A stretch of 64,000 nt of DNA, taken from NCBI GenBank assembly GCA_026393865.1, contig JAPKZI010000043.1:20519-84518 (forward strand). The letters run 5' to 3'. The notes under the pieces are model-generated. The model made no database searches, was not told the DNA's origin, and saw nothing but the letters and a program-made list of their open reading frames with translations. A program made the translations under genes and the position numbers. Source of the DNA: Candidatus Aminicenantes bacterium. Its GTDB lineage: Bacteria > Acidobacteriota > Aminicenantia > Aminicenantales > UBA4085. Positions 1 through 8,548 of this stretch are shown in pieces. The first letter of the stretch is position 1; the number at the start of each line of letters is the position of its first letter.

Positions 1-249
1 GAGATCGACATCATCGCCTATGACCGAAAGACGCTCGTCTTCGTCGAAGTCAAGACACGATCGAGAGCCGGCTTCGGCGTTCCCGAGGAATCCGTGACCT
101 CCGCCAAACAGGATCAGCTCCGGAAGATCGCCCAGGGCTATCTCGTCAAGAACCGGCTCGGCGATATCCCCTGCCGGTTCGACGTCGTCTCCGTATCGAT
201 CCATGACGACGGCCGTCCGACGATCCGGCATATCGAGAACGCGTTTTAG
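1..249 (+). CDS. YraN/UPF0102 family endonuclease-like protein, C-terminal part (5' end outside window)
   Basis: Frame 1 is open from base 1: EIDIIAYDRKTLVFVEVKTRSRAGFGVPEESVT...CRFDVVSV, a YraN-like core. TAG at 247-249. Confidence 0.75.
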   Translation, partial: EIDIIAYDRKTLVFVEVKTRSRAGFGVPEESVTSAKQDQLRKIAQGYLVKNRLGDIPCRFDVVSVSIHDDGRPTIRHIENAF

Positions 250-255
250 CCGCCG

Positions 256-735
256 TCACCGGATCATTTCGACCCGCGAGCGGTCCTTTGAGCACCTGAG
301 CAGCTCCCTGATCGTTCTTTTCAGGACCGGATGGACCGCCTCCGGAGCGATCTCAGCGAGCGGTACGAGGACGAAGTTCCTCTCGGCAAGGCGCGGATGC
401 GGGATGGTCAACTCTTCGGTCCGGATGACCGTGTCCTCCGCCAGAAGGATGTCGAGATCGATGACCCGCGGGCCGTTGGTGACGGACACTTCGCGGCCCA
501 TATCTTTCTCGATCCCTTTCAGTGTCTTGAGGAGCTCCCAGGGCGAAAGCCCGCTCTCGACCTCGACGACCTGATTGATGAACCAGGGCTGATCGGAACG
601 ACCGACGGGCTCGGTCTCATAGAGGGTCGAGGAATTCCGGATCGCCATCCCCTCTTCGGCGAGCCTGGCGCGCGCCCGGGCCCGATTTCCGGCCCGGTCC
701 CCAAGATTGCTGCCGAGACCCAGATGATAGATCAT
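256..735 (-). CDS. folK: 2-amino-4-hydroxy-6-hydroxymethyldihydropteridine pyrophosphokinase (HPPK)
   Basis: 159 aa: MIYHLGLGSNLGDR...YETEPVG...GPRVIDLDILL...LTIPHPRLAERNFVLVPLAEI, canonical HPPK motifs. Confidence 0.9.
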   Translation of the reverse strand: MIYHLGLGSNLGDRAGNRARARARLAEEGMAIRNSSTLYETEPVGRSDQPWFINQVVEVESGLSPWELLKTLKGIEKDMGREVSVTNGPRVIDLDILLAEDTVIRTEELTIPHPRLAERNFVLVPLAEIAPEAVHPVLKRTIRELLRCSKDRSRVEMIR

Positions 736-805
736 AGGGATGTCCCTCCCATTCTAGGAGAAGATCGGCCCACGGTCAATTTTCCTCGCCGGACGCTTTC
801 CCGGC

Positions 806-834
806 TTGACTTTGAAGCGGATCCGCCATAAGAA
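806..834 (+). promoter_or_regulatory. Candidate sigma-70 promoter (TTGACT-N17-TAAGAA) with a perfect 10-bp palindrome GCGGATCCGC (817-826) in the spacer
   Basis: Read directly, 45 nt upstream of the ATG at 879. The -10 is weak. Confidence 0.35.
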
Positions 835-878
835 TAATAGGCTCTTGATCGCCTGATTGGAAACCTCGGAGGTCACTT

Positions 879-2699
879 ATGCCTGAACTCACCGAAGAAA
901 TAGAACGCCGGATCAGCGAACTGTCCAGCCTGATCGGGAACACGCCCCTTCTGGCGATCGAGTTCACCTATCGCGGCGAACGGCGGGTTCTCTACGCCAA
1001 GGCCGAGAATTTGAACATGACCGGGAGCATCAAGGACCGGATGGCCTTCCATATCCTTAAGCGGGGTTACGAACGGGGCACGCTTACGCCGGGCGGCCTG
1101 ATCATCGAAGCGACCAGCGGCAACACGGGCATCGCCTTCTCAGCTATCGGGCGCGCGCTGGGACATCCCGTGACCATCTTCATGCCCAACTGGATGAGCG
1201 CCGAGAGGATCAATCTCATCCGCAGTTTGGGCGCCGAAATCAATCTGGTCAGCCCCGAGGAAGGCGGGTTTCTCGGAAGCATCCGCCTTTCGGAAGGCCT
1301 GGCCGCCCGGACGGAGAGATCTTTCCTTCCCCGTCAGTTTTCGAACGAGGACAATGTCGAAGCTCATTATCTGACGACGGGACCGGAGATTTGGTGGCAG
1401 CTCAATTTCCACGGCCTGCGGCCCGACGCCTTCGTCGCCGGCGTGGGAACGGGCGGAACGATCATGGGGACCGGGCGCTTCCTTCGCCAAAAGAATCCGC
1501 GGATCAAGCTCTATCCTCTGGAACCGTCCAACTCCCCGACCATGTCCACCGGATACAAGGTCGGAAAGCACCGCATCCAGGGGATCTCCGACGAATTCAT
1601 CCCTGCCATCGTCAAGCTGGACCGGTTGGACAAGGTCGTCGCCGTGGACGACGGGGATTCGATCATCATGGCCCGGAAATTGGCCTCCCGGCTCGGGATC
1701 GCCGTGGGCATCTCGTCGGGGGCGAACTTCCTGGGAGCCTTGATGATCCAGAACGAGCTCGGCAAGGACGCGGTCGTGGTCACGGTGTTCTCCGACGACA
1801 ACAAGAAATACCTCAGCACCGACCTTATGAAAGAGGAGCCCGTGAAGCCCGGTTTTCTCGCCCCGGAGGTCGAACTCCGGAGCTATCGGGGCTTCAAACG
1901 GACCTGCGAGACGTGCTGCCGGCCGGAGGAATGCGCGATCACGGAAGGCCCCGCAAAGAGATTCTGGACATGGCGGGTCTCGTTCTCGGCGATTTTGATC
2001 GCCGCTTCCCTCCTGACCTATGCCGCCCATTATGTCATCTTCCGCGACATGCGGCATATCGTCATTTATCTCATCGGCGACATCGCCTTTTTGTTCATAA
2101 ACGTCCTCGTCGTCACCCTCGTCATCGAGCAGATCCTGGCCCGCCGGGAAAAACGGGTCTTGTTGAAGAAGCTCAACATGGTCATCGGGACCTTCTTCAG
2201 CGACGTGGGCCTGGAGTTGCTCAGAAGGTTCTCGGAGTACGTGGAGAACGGCGGACAGCTCGGCCGCCAGCTCGATTTCAGCGGCCGCTGGCAGAAGAAG
2301 GACTTTCTTCGGGCGGAGGAAACGGCCCGGACCTTTTCTTATAAGGTGCACGTGTCTCCGGCGCGCCTCCGCGAGCTGCGCGGCCTCCTCAGCGGCCATC
2401 GCTCCTTCCTCCTCCGTCTCCTCGAGAATCCCAACCTCCTCGAGCACGACCGTTTCACCGACCTGCTCTGGGCCGTGTTCCATCTCGTCGAAGAGCTCGA
2501 AATGCGCGAGGAGAGCTTCGAGAACCTGCCCGAGACGGATTACATCCATCTAGCCGGCGACGTCAAACGGGCCTACTCCCAGATCGCCGGCGAGTGGCTG
2601 GCCTATGCCCTGCACCTCAAGGAGAGCTACCCCTTCCTGTTTTCTCTGGCGGCTCGAATCAATCCCTTCAATCCGAACCCCTCCCCCGTGGTCAGGTGA
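879..2699 (+). CDS. Cysteine synthase-like PLP-dependent enzyme fused to a Cys-rich linker, two TM segments and a helical C-terminal domain
   Basis: aa 1-~310 are CysK/CysM-like (TGSIKDR PLP-lysine motif, SGNTG, GVGTGGT). Then [10 protein letters not shown] (aa 343-352), hydrophobic segments ~366-387 and ~394-418, and a ~185-aa tail with no motif I recognise. Confidence 0.85.
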   Translation: MPELTEEIERRISELSSLIGNTPLLAIEFTYRGERRVLYAKAENLNMTGSIKDRMAFHILKRGYERGTLTPGGLIIEATSGNTGIAFSAIGRALGHPVTIFMPNWMSAERINLIRSLGAEINLVSPEEGGFLGSIRLSEGLAARTERSFLPRQFSNEDNVEAHYLTTGPEIWWQLNFHGLRPDAFVAGVGTGGTIMGTGRFLRQKNPRIKLYPLEPSNSPTMSTGYKVGKHRIQGISDEFIPAIVKLDRLDKVVAVDDGDSIIMARKLASRLGIAVGISSGANFLGALMIQNELGKDAVVVTVFSDDNKKYLSTDLMKEEPVKPGFLAPEVELRSYRGFKRTCETCCRPEECAITEGPAKRFWTWRVSFSAILIAASLLTYAAHYVIFRDMRHIVIYLIGDIAFLFINVLVVTLVIEQILARREKRVLLKKLNMVIGTFFSDVGLELLRRFSEYVENGGQLGRQLDFSGRWQKKDFLRAEETARTFSYKVHVSPARLRELRGLLSGHRSFLLRLLENPNLLEHDRFTDLLWAVFHLVEELEMREESFENLPETDYIHLAGDVKRAYSQIAGEWLAYALHLKESYPFLFSLAARINPFNPNPSPVVR

Positions 2700-2773
2700 G
2701 GCCGGATCGCGTTTGGCGGGCGGTCGGTTCTCGGCTATAATACGGCTCTAAAATTGAAAGGAATGAGATCTTC

Positions 2774-3853
2774 ATGAAAAAACGACGCCTTCGCCGATCC
2801 CTGATCGGCCTCCTCATCCTCTTCCTCCTGTCCGGATCCGTCCTTGCCCAGTCTCCGCTGGCCATGAAGGATGTATTCGAGAAAAATATCCTGGCCGCCG
2901 GCGGAAAGGACAAACCGCTCCAGATCAAGAATATCTCGTTCAAGTCCGGCGCGACCCGCTATTTCGCCGCGTCGACCGGAGAGCTGAAGATGACGACGGG
3001 CAAAGACCCCGTCGTGACCGAGGTCATCCTGGTCAAAGGCGATAAGGTTCAGAGGAACTCCTTGAACGTTATAAGCGACCTGACGGGCATCCGCAAGGCC
3101 GCGCACCAGGTTCTGGCCAAGCTCTACGCGGGCCTCTTCACCCTCCAGAAATTCGAGAAGGAACTCGTTTTCAATGGCTTGAAGTCCTTCGGCCCGGAAA
3201 AATTCTACCACCTGACGACGAAAGCCGATCCGCTCAAGGTCGATCTTTTCGTCCGGGCCGATGATTTCCATCTCAAGCGGCTGGTGTTCCAAGGCGCGAC
3301 CCCGGAGGGCGATAAATACGAGGTCAATTACGACTTCGCTCCGTTCGAGGAGGTCGAGGGCCTAAAAATCCCGCTGTCCTGGTTCAGTTCCCAGGTCGGG
3401 ACTCGCGGCACGTTAATCGAGATCAGTGAGGTCAAGTTCAACCAGCCTCTCGCCGCGGACTTCTTTGCCAAGCCCGACGTTAACGCCGGCGCCGTGGCGG
3501 CCGCTCCGGGCCGGCTCAAGGGGAACGTCCTGGATTTCAACTCCGGGCCCAACGGCCTGACTATCGTGACCAACTGGACGAAGGCCGATATCGAGAAAGC
3601 GGGCTTGAAAAGCGGCGATAAGCTGACGCTGACGAGCGACACGCCGCGCCGGACCGGCTTCACCGTCGGCCTCGTCTTCTACGCGGCGGCCAACGAGATG
3701 CCCCCGCAAAGCGAGCTGGCCAAAGGGGCGAGGATCCTATCGCCCGCTCCACGGGGCGGCGAAACGTACGTCTTCCAGTTCGTGGCCATGGACATGTCGT
3801 CCTTGGCCTCCACCCTCCAACTCTTAGACCCCATCGAGATCGAAAGAAAATAA
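2774..3853 (+). CDS. Hypothetical secreted protein
   Basis: 359-aa ORF with a Sec signal (MKKRRLRRSLIGLLILFLLSGSVLAQ). TATAAT-like box and RBS upstream. No recognisable catalytic motif. Confidence 0.7.
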   Translation: MKKRRLRRSLIGLLILFLLSGSVLAQSPLAMKDVFEKNILAAGGKDKPLQIKNISFKSGATRYFAASTGELKMTTGKDPVVTEVILVKGDKVQRNSLNVISDLTGIRKAAHQVLAKLYAGLFTLQKFEKELVFNGLKSFGPEKFYHLTTKADPLKVDLFVRADDFHLKRLVFQGATPEGDKYEVNYDFAPFEEVEGLKIPLSWFSSQVGTRGTLIEISEVKFNQPLAADFFAKPDVNAGAVAAAPGRLKGNVLDFNSGPNGLTIVTNWTKADIEKAGLKSGDKLTLTSDTPRRTGFTVGLVFYAAANEMPPQSELAKGARILSPAPRGGETYVFQFVAMDMSSLASTLQLLDPIEIERK

Positions 3854-3867
3854 AGAAGGGAGTACTT

Positions 3868-5055
3868 ATGTCACGCATGAATCGACGGAATTTCGTCACG
3901 GCCATGACGTCGGGCCTGTTCGGTCTCGGCGTTTCGAAACATCTCGGAGCGGAGCCGCTTCATCGCGCTTCAGGACCCCAGGAAGCCGCGACGCCGAAAA
4001 TCAGGAAATACAGGGACCTCGGCAAGACCGGGCTTAAGGTCCCGGACGTCAGCTTCGGCGCGATCTCCCTCTTCGAGCCCAACGTGCTCCGCTACGCCTG
4101 CGAATGCGGCGTCACCTATTTCGACACGGCCGAGAGCTATCTGCGGATGAAGGGCGAGACCTACGTCGGACAAGGCCTCAAAGAAGTCCGCGACAAGGTC
4201 ATCATCACTACCAAGCACGGCCAGAACTTCCGCCAAAAGATCGAGAAGGACGCCTTCATCCAGCGGGTCGAAGCCAGCCTCAAGCGCCTCCAGACCGACC
4301 GCATCGACGTGGCTATGATCCACAATGTCGATGATCTGTCGCTCGCCCTCAACAACCAGGAGCTGATGTCCGCCTACGCCCAACTCAAAAAGGACGGCAA
4401 GGTCCGCTTCACGGGATTTTCGACCCATAACGCCAAGCAGACGCTGAAACAGGCCCTCGACACGGACTTCGCCCAGATCGTCCTGGTCATGTACAACCAT
4501 ATGGAAGGCAAGGAGATCGAGCCGTTAGTCAAGGCCGTCCGGGAAAAGGGCATCGGGACCGTGGCCATGAAGATCTTTGCCGGAGGCATGCAGGGCAACC
4601 TGAAACCGCTGGTCGACCAGCGGACGAGCTATTCTCAGGCCGCCATCCGCTGGGTCTTGAGCAATCCGGATTTCGACACCTGCATCCCGACCATGAGCAG
4701 CTATTCCCATGTCGAGGAATACGTGGGCGCGTCCGGACAGCCCCTGGACCGCGCGGCGCTCCAGACGCTCGCCGTGTATCGGGAAGAAGTGAACAGCGTC
4801 TATTGCCGGGTGAGCTGCCGGGATTGTCTTTCGGCCTGCCCTCACCAGGTCGCGGTCAACGATGTCCTGCGCTTCGCCATGTACTACGAACATTACGGCA
4901 TGGAACGGCAGGCCCTCGATTATTACGCGGAGCTCAAGCCGGAGCGCAAGCCGCTGAACTGCGCCGGGTGCCCGGCGCCGTGCCAGAGCGCCTGTCCCTA
5001 CGGCCTTCAGGTCAGGTCCAAGCTGCTCCGGACGCACGACATTTTATCGGCCTAA
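3868..5055 (+). CDS. Aldo/keto reductase with Tat signal peptide and C-terminal Cys-rich (4Fe-4S-like) domain
   Basis: MSRMNRRNFVTAMTSGLFGLG twin-arginine motif. AKR core (YFDTAESY, ITTK, DVAMIHN). C-terminal CRVSCRDCLSACP and CAGCPAPCQSACP. Confidence 0.85.
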   Translation: MSRMNRRNFVTAMTSGLFGLGVSKHLGAEPLHRASGPQEAATPKIRKYRDLGKTGLKVPDVSFGAISLFEPNVLRYACECGVTYFDTAESYLRMKGETYVGQGLKEVRDKVIITTKHGQNFRQKIEKDAFIQRVEASLKRLQTDRIDVAMIHNVDDLSLALNNQELMSAYAQLKKDGKVRFTGFSTHNAKQTLKQALDTDFAQIVLVMYNHMEGKEIEPLVKAVREKGIGTVAMKIFAGGMQGNLKPLVDQRTSYSQAAIRWVLSNPDFDTCIPTMSSYSHVEEYVGASGQPLDRAALQTLAVYREEVNSVYCRVSCRDCLSACPHQVAVNDVLRFAMYYEHYGMERQALDYYAELKPERKPLNCAGCPAPCQSACPYGLQVRSKLLRTHDILSA

Positions 5056-5132
5056 CTGATTCGAGGGTAAAGGCAACGCCTCTTTTGGGGCAGCCATTCG
5101 GTCAGTCGCGTTATCCTTCCAATCCAAATCAA

Positions 5133-5169
5133 TACACTCAATAATACACTTAATCAAGTGTAGTACACT
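5133..5169. repeat. Cluster of TACACT/AGTGTA heptamer-like repeats, including a 7-4-7 palindrome TACACTT-AATC-AAGTGTA (5145-5162)
   Basis: Read directly. AT-rich. It touches the fic stop codon (5169-5171) and may act as a weak terminator hairpin on the minus strand. Confidence 0.5.
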
Positions 5170-6221
5170 CAGTCGCCCGAATATTGCCAGCGAGCCGCTT
5201 TCCCTTTGCCGGAGCATGCAACCAATCCTTTCTCCTTAAGACCGAAGAGGATGGCCCGAATCCAGTCGCGTCCGACGCCGGGACACTCCCTCTCGATGTC
5301 CACGAGGCGAAATGCGACGGTATGCTTTTTGATGGCCTGGATGACCAATTCCGATTTTTCTCCTCGCGCAGCGGCTACATTTCCAGATCTCTGCTCGAGC
5401 TCGTCATATGCCTTCTTGATGATAAAGAGCAAATAGCCGATGTATGGCCAAGGATTGTGCTTGCCTTCATGCCAGCCTTGGGAGCTCTGAAGAAGGGTCT
5501 CATAATATCGCTCCTTGTTCTCCTCGATCAAACGTTCCAAGCTGATGTACCGGCCGACTTCAATGCCCATCTGGTAGCAGGTCAGCAACAGCAGAAGTCG
5601 GGACACACGCCCGTTTCCGTCGCGGAATGGATGAATGCACAGAAAATCAAGATTCAACGCGGCTAATGTAATAATTGGAGATATCCGACGATCACGGGAC
5701 TCATTATTCCAAATGCGCAACATTTCGCGAGTGAATTCTGGCGTCTTCTCGGGAGACACACTGCGAAAACGCACTCGCTGACGGCCATCCGGAAACTTCT
5801 CTATTATATCCACCGACTGGTCCTTATATTTACCGGCATCCCATATTTCCCCGCGACTCATCTTGTGTAACCGTAAGATCGTCTCTTCAGAAACCTGCAG
5901 TCTAGCCGCTTCGGTGTGAATCAGGTTCAGGGCATCCCGGTAACCGCCGACTTCCTGTTCGTTTCGATCACGCAGAGCCGGTCGGCCGAAAATAACAGTT
6001 CCCACGCGCGACTGGTCAATCTCAACGCCCTCAATCCGATTTGATGAGATGGCACTCTCCGCGATGGCGTGATCCCGGAGGACTCTCAGTCTTTGCGGGG
6101 CCTGGCGGGTGAACAACTCCTGTTTGCCCTTAGCCTCTCCGATATCGGACAAATACCACGTCACGGACATGGGGATGTTCTCGCCGATTTCTCCCGAATC
6201 AATCTGCCTTAACGTCATCAT
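5169..6221 (-). CDS. fic: Fic family protein (class II, N-terminal inhibitory helix; C-terminal winged-helix-like tail)
   Basis: Fic motif HPFRDGNGRVSR. Upstream SNRIEG fits the (S/T)xxxE(G/N) inhibitory motif. Start trimmed to ATGATG at 6221 with a GGGGAG RBS (the track ORF runs to 6284). Confidence 0.9.
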   Translation of the reverse strand: MMTLRQIDSGEIGENIPMSVTWYLSDIGEAKGKQELFTRQAPQRLRVLRDHAIAESAISSNRIEGVEIDQSRVGTVIFGRPALRDRNEQEVGGYRDALNLIHTEAARLQVSEETILRLHKMSRGEIWDAGKYKDQSVDIIEKFPDGRQRVRFRSVSPEKTPEFTREMLRIWNNESRDRRISPIITLAALNLDFLCIHPFRDGNGRVSRLLLLLTCYQMGIEVGRYISLERLIEENKERYYETLLQSSQGWHEGKHNPWPYIGYLLFIIKKAYDELEQRSGNVAAARGEKSELVIQAIKKHTVAFRLVDIERECPGVGRDWIRAILFGLKEKGLVACSGKGKAARWQYSGD

Positions 6222-6296
6222 TCGTTCTGCTCCCCGTATTCCGTCTGTCTCTCCCGCCCTACCATCGGATGGACGGCCATCCAAAGGGTTCCGTCC

Positions 6297-6470
6297 CTAG
6301 GTTTGGTTGGTCGCGACGAATCCCAAAAAGAGAAAAGCCTTCCGAATTGCATAATGATCTTCCAGATAAACCCGGAATCTGTGGAAATCCAGATTCCAAC
6401 CCATTTCTTTGATCGAAAGGTTCAAATTCTGGCTATCAATGAAGGCATGATTGTTTCCGATTTTTTTCAC
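6297..6470 (-). pseudogene. N-terminal remnant (57 codons) of an NYN/LabA-like domain protein
   Basis: My translation from the GTG at 6470: VKKIGNNHAFIDSQNLNLSIKEMGWNLDFHRFRVYLEDHYAIRKAFLFLGFVATNQT*. It resembles the start of NYN domains (FIDxxNL...LGW.lDf..l..yL) but stops after about a third of a domain. Confidence 0.45.
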
Positions 6471-6568
6471 TGAATACCCCCAGTTTTCATTGGATCAATT
6501 ATAAAACAAAATTGGGGTGGACGTAACTACTACTTGTAAGAAGAAGAATATCAACTGCAGAAAAAAAT

Positions 6569-6644
6569 TGGCTCCCCGGGCAGGACTCGAACCTACAACC
6601 TATTGGTTAACAGCCAACCGCTCTACCTATTGAGCTACCGGGGA
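6569..6644 (-). tRNA. tRNA-Asn (anticodon GTT), CCA encoded
   Basis: Reverse complement TCCCCGG TA GCTC AATAGGTA GAGC G GTTGG CTGTTAA CCAAT AGGTT GTAGG TTCGAGT CCTGC CCGGGGA G CCA folds as a cloverleaf. The layout parallels E. coli tRNA-Asn. Confidence 0.95.
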
Positions 6645-6772
6645 GCGATCCGGATCAAATTACCATAAACCGACCAGGATTTCAATCTTCGGTCAACCTC
6701 GCTTGGCTGCCCGTTTTGACAAAATGGCGCCTCTATGCTATTTGTGTCCTTCCCTCAAGGAAAGGACCGACC

Positions 6773-8548
6773 ATGACTACGCCGCTTGAACGCTGGGTCG
6801 ACGAACAGGCCCGGCTGTTCCAACCGAAAGAGGTCTACTGGTGCGACGGTTCGGAGGGAGAGGCCCATCGGCTTATCGACAAGGGCATCCGCGAAGAGAA
6901 GATCGGGGCCAACCCCATCTTCCGCGAGTTGAACCACCGAAACTGGCCCAAGTCCTATCTCCACCGCAGCCACCCCACCGACGTCGCCCGGACCGAGCAT
7001 CTGACCTTCGTCTGCCATCCAGAAAGGGAGCAATCCGGCCCGAACAACAATTGGATGGACCCGGCCGAGGCCAAGGCGCGGTTGACGGCGCTGTCCCGGG
7101 GGGGGATGCGCGGACGGACGATGTACGTCCTTCCTTACATGATGGGCCATCCCGATTCCCCCTACGCCCGGCCGTGCATTCAGATCACGGACGTGTCCTA
7201 TGTCGCCGTCAGCATGCGGATCATGACCCGGATGGGCCGGCACACGATCAAGAAGATCGGCAATTCGGAGGCCTTCGTCAAGGGCATCCATTCGGTCGGC
7301 GATTTCGACCCGGAACGGCGGTTCATCATGCATTTCCCGCAGGACAGCCTCGTCTGGAGCATCGGCTCCGGCTACGGCGGCAACGCCCTGCTCGGGAAAA
7401 AATGCTTTTCCCTCCGCATCGCTTCCTATCTCGGCTTGCGCCAGATGTGGCTCGCCGAACACATGGTCATCATCGGTATCGAGGACATCAAGGGGAACGT
7501 GACCTACGTCACGGCGTCGATGCCGTCGGCCTGCGGCAAGACGAACCTGGCCATGATGGAGTCCGCCCTGCCCGAATACAAGGTTTATACCGTCGGCGAC
7601 GACATCGCCTGGATGAATATCGGACCGGACGGCCGGCTCTGGGCCATCAACCCGGAGGCGGGCTTCTTCGGCGTCGCCCCCGGAACGTCGATGAAGACCA
7701 ATCCGAACATGATCCGGACGCTGAAGGCCTCGAACTTCTATCCGACCCTTTTCACCAACGTCGGCCTCGACCTCGACGCCAACGAACCCTGGTGGGAAGG
7801 CCTGGAAGGGCCGCCGAAGAACATGCTGGACTGGCAGGGCAAGCCGTGGGACCCGGCCAAGGGGACGAAAGCGGCCCATCCGAACTCGCGTTTCACCGTC
7901 TCGCTCTATAACTGCCCGACCCTGTCCAAGCAGTTCGACAATCCGCAGGGCGTGCCGATCTCGGCCATCCTGCTCGGCGGCCGCCGCTCGCGGGGCGTTC
8001 CGCTCGTGACCGAAGCCTTCGACTGGAGCCACGGCGTCTTCATGGGAGCCCGGATGGGATCGGAGACGACGGCCGCGGCGGCCGGCCAGGTCGGCGTCCT
8101 GCGCCGCGATCCGTTCGCCATGCTCCCCTTCTGCGGTTACAACATGGGCGACTATTTCCGTCATTGGATCAATATGGGCGGCTTCATCACCAAGCCCCCG
8201 AAGATCTATTCCATCAACTGGTTCCGCACGGACGAGAACGGCAAGTTCCTCTGGCCGGGATTCGGAGATAACATCAGGGTCATCAAATGGATCATCGACC
8301 GGGTGAACGGCAAAGCCCGGGCCAAGGAAACGCCCATCGGACTCGTCCCGGATCTCGACGATTTCGATAGGGACGGCCTGAAGACGTCCCGGCGGGACCT
8401 GGAGAAGCTCTTAGAGGTTAAGCCCGAGGAATGGCGGGACGAGGTTCGGGATATCAAGTCCTTCCTGGACCAGTTCGGCCGGCACGTGCCCTATGAAATG
8501 TGGCAGAACCACGAAACGCTGGCCGCCCGGCTCAAAGCCGGATCCTAA
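6773..8548 (+). CDS. pckG: Phosphoenolpyruvate carboxykinase (GTP)
   Basis: MTTPLERWVDEQARLF...; the ACGKTN kinase-1a loop and WMNIGPDG are typical of GTP-PEPCK. Start trimmed to the ATG at 6773 behind AAGGAAAGGA. Confidence 0.95.
   Translation: MTTPLERWVDEQARLFQPKEVYWCDGSEGEAHRLIDKGIREEKIGANPIFRELNHRNWPKSYLHRSHPTDVARTEHLTFVCHPEREQSGPNNNWMDPAEAKARLTALSRGGMRGRTMYVLPYMMGHPDSPYARPCIQITDVSYVAVSMRIMTRMGRHTIKKIGNSEAFVKGIHSVGDFDPERRFIMHFPQDSLVWSIGSGYGGNALLGKKCFSLRIASYLGLRQMWLAEHMVIIGIEDIKGNVTYVTASMPSACGKTNLAMMESALPEYKVYTVGDDIAWMNIGPDGRLWAINPEAGFFGVAPGTSMKTNPNMIRTLKASNFYPTLFTNVGLDLDANEPWWEGLEGPPKNMLDWQGKPWDPAKGTKAAHPNSRFTVSLYNCPTLSKQFDNPQGVPISAILLGGRRSRGVPLVTEAFDWSHGVFMGARMGSETTAAAAGQVGVLRRDPFAMLPFCGYNMGDYFRHWINMGGFITKPPKIYSINWFRTDENGKFLWPGFGDNIRVIKWIIDRVNGKARAKETPIGLVPDLDDFDRDGLKTSRRDLEKLLEVKPEEWRDEVRDIKSFLDQFGRHVPYEMWQNHETLAARLKAGS

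Noticed and set aside
5056-5170. Search for a direct repeat of the tRNA-Asn 3' end (att site) at the far edge of the Fic islet.
   Set aside because: The best match (GATTCGAGGG vs GACTCGAACC) is only 6/10, so no convincing attL/attR pair exists. The islet is called on composition and position only.
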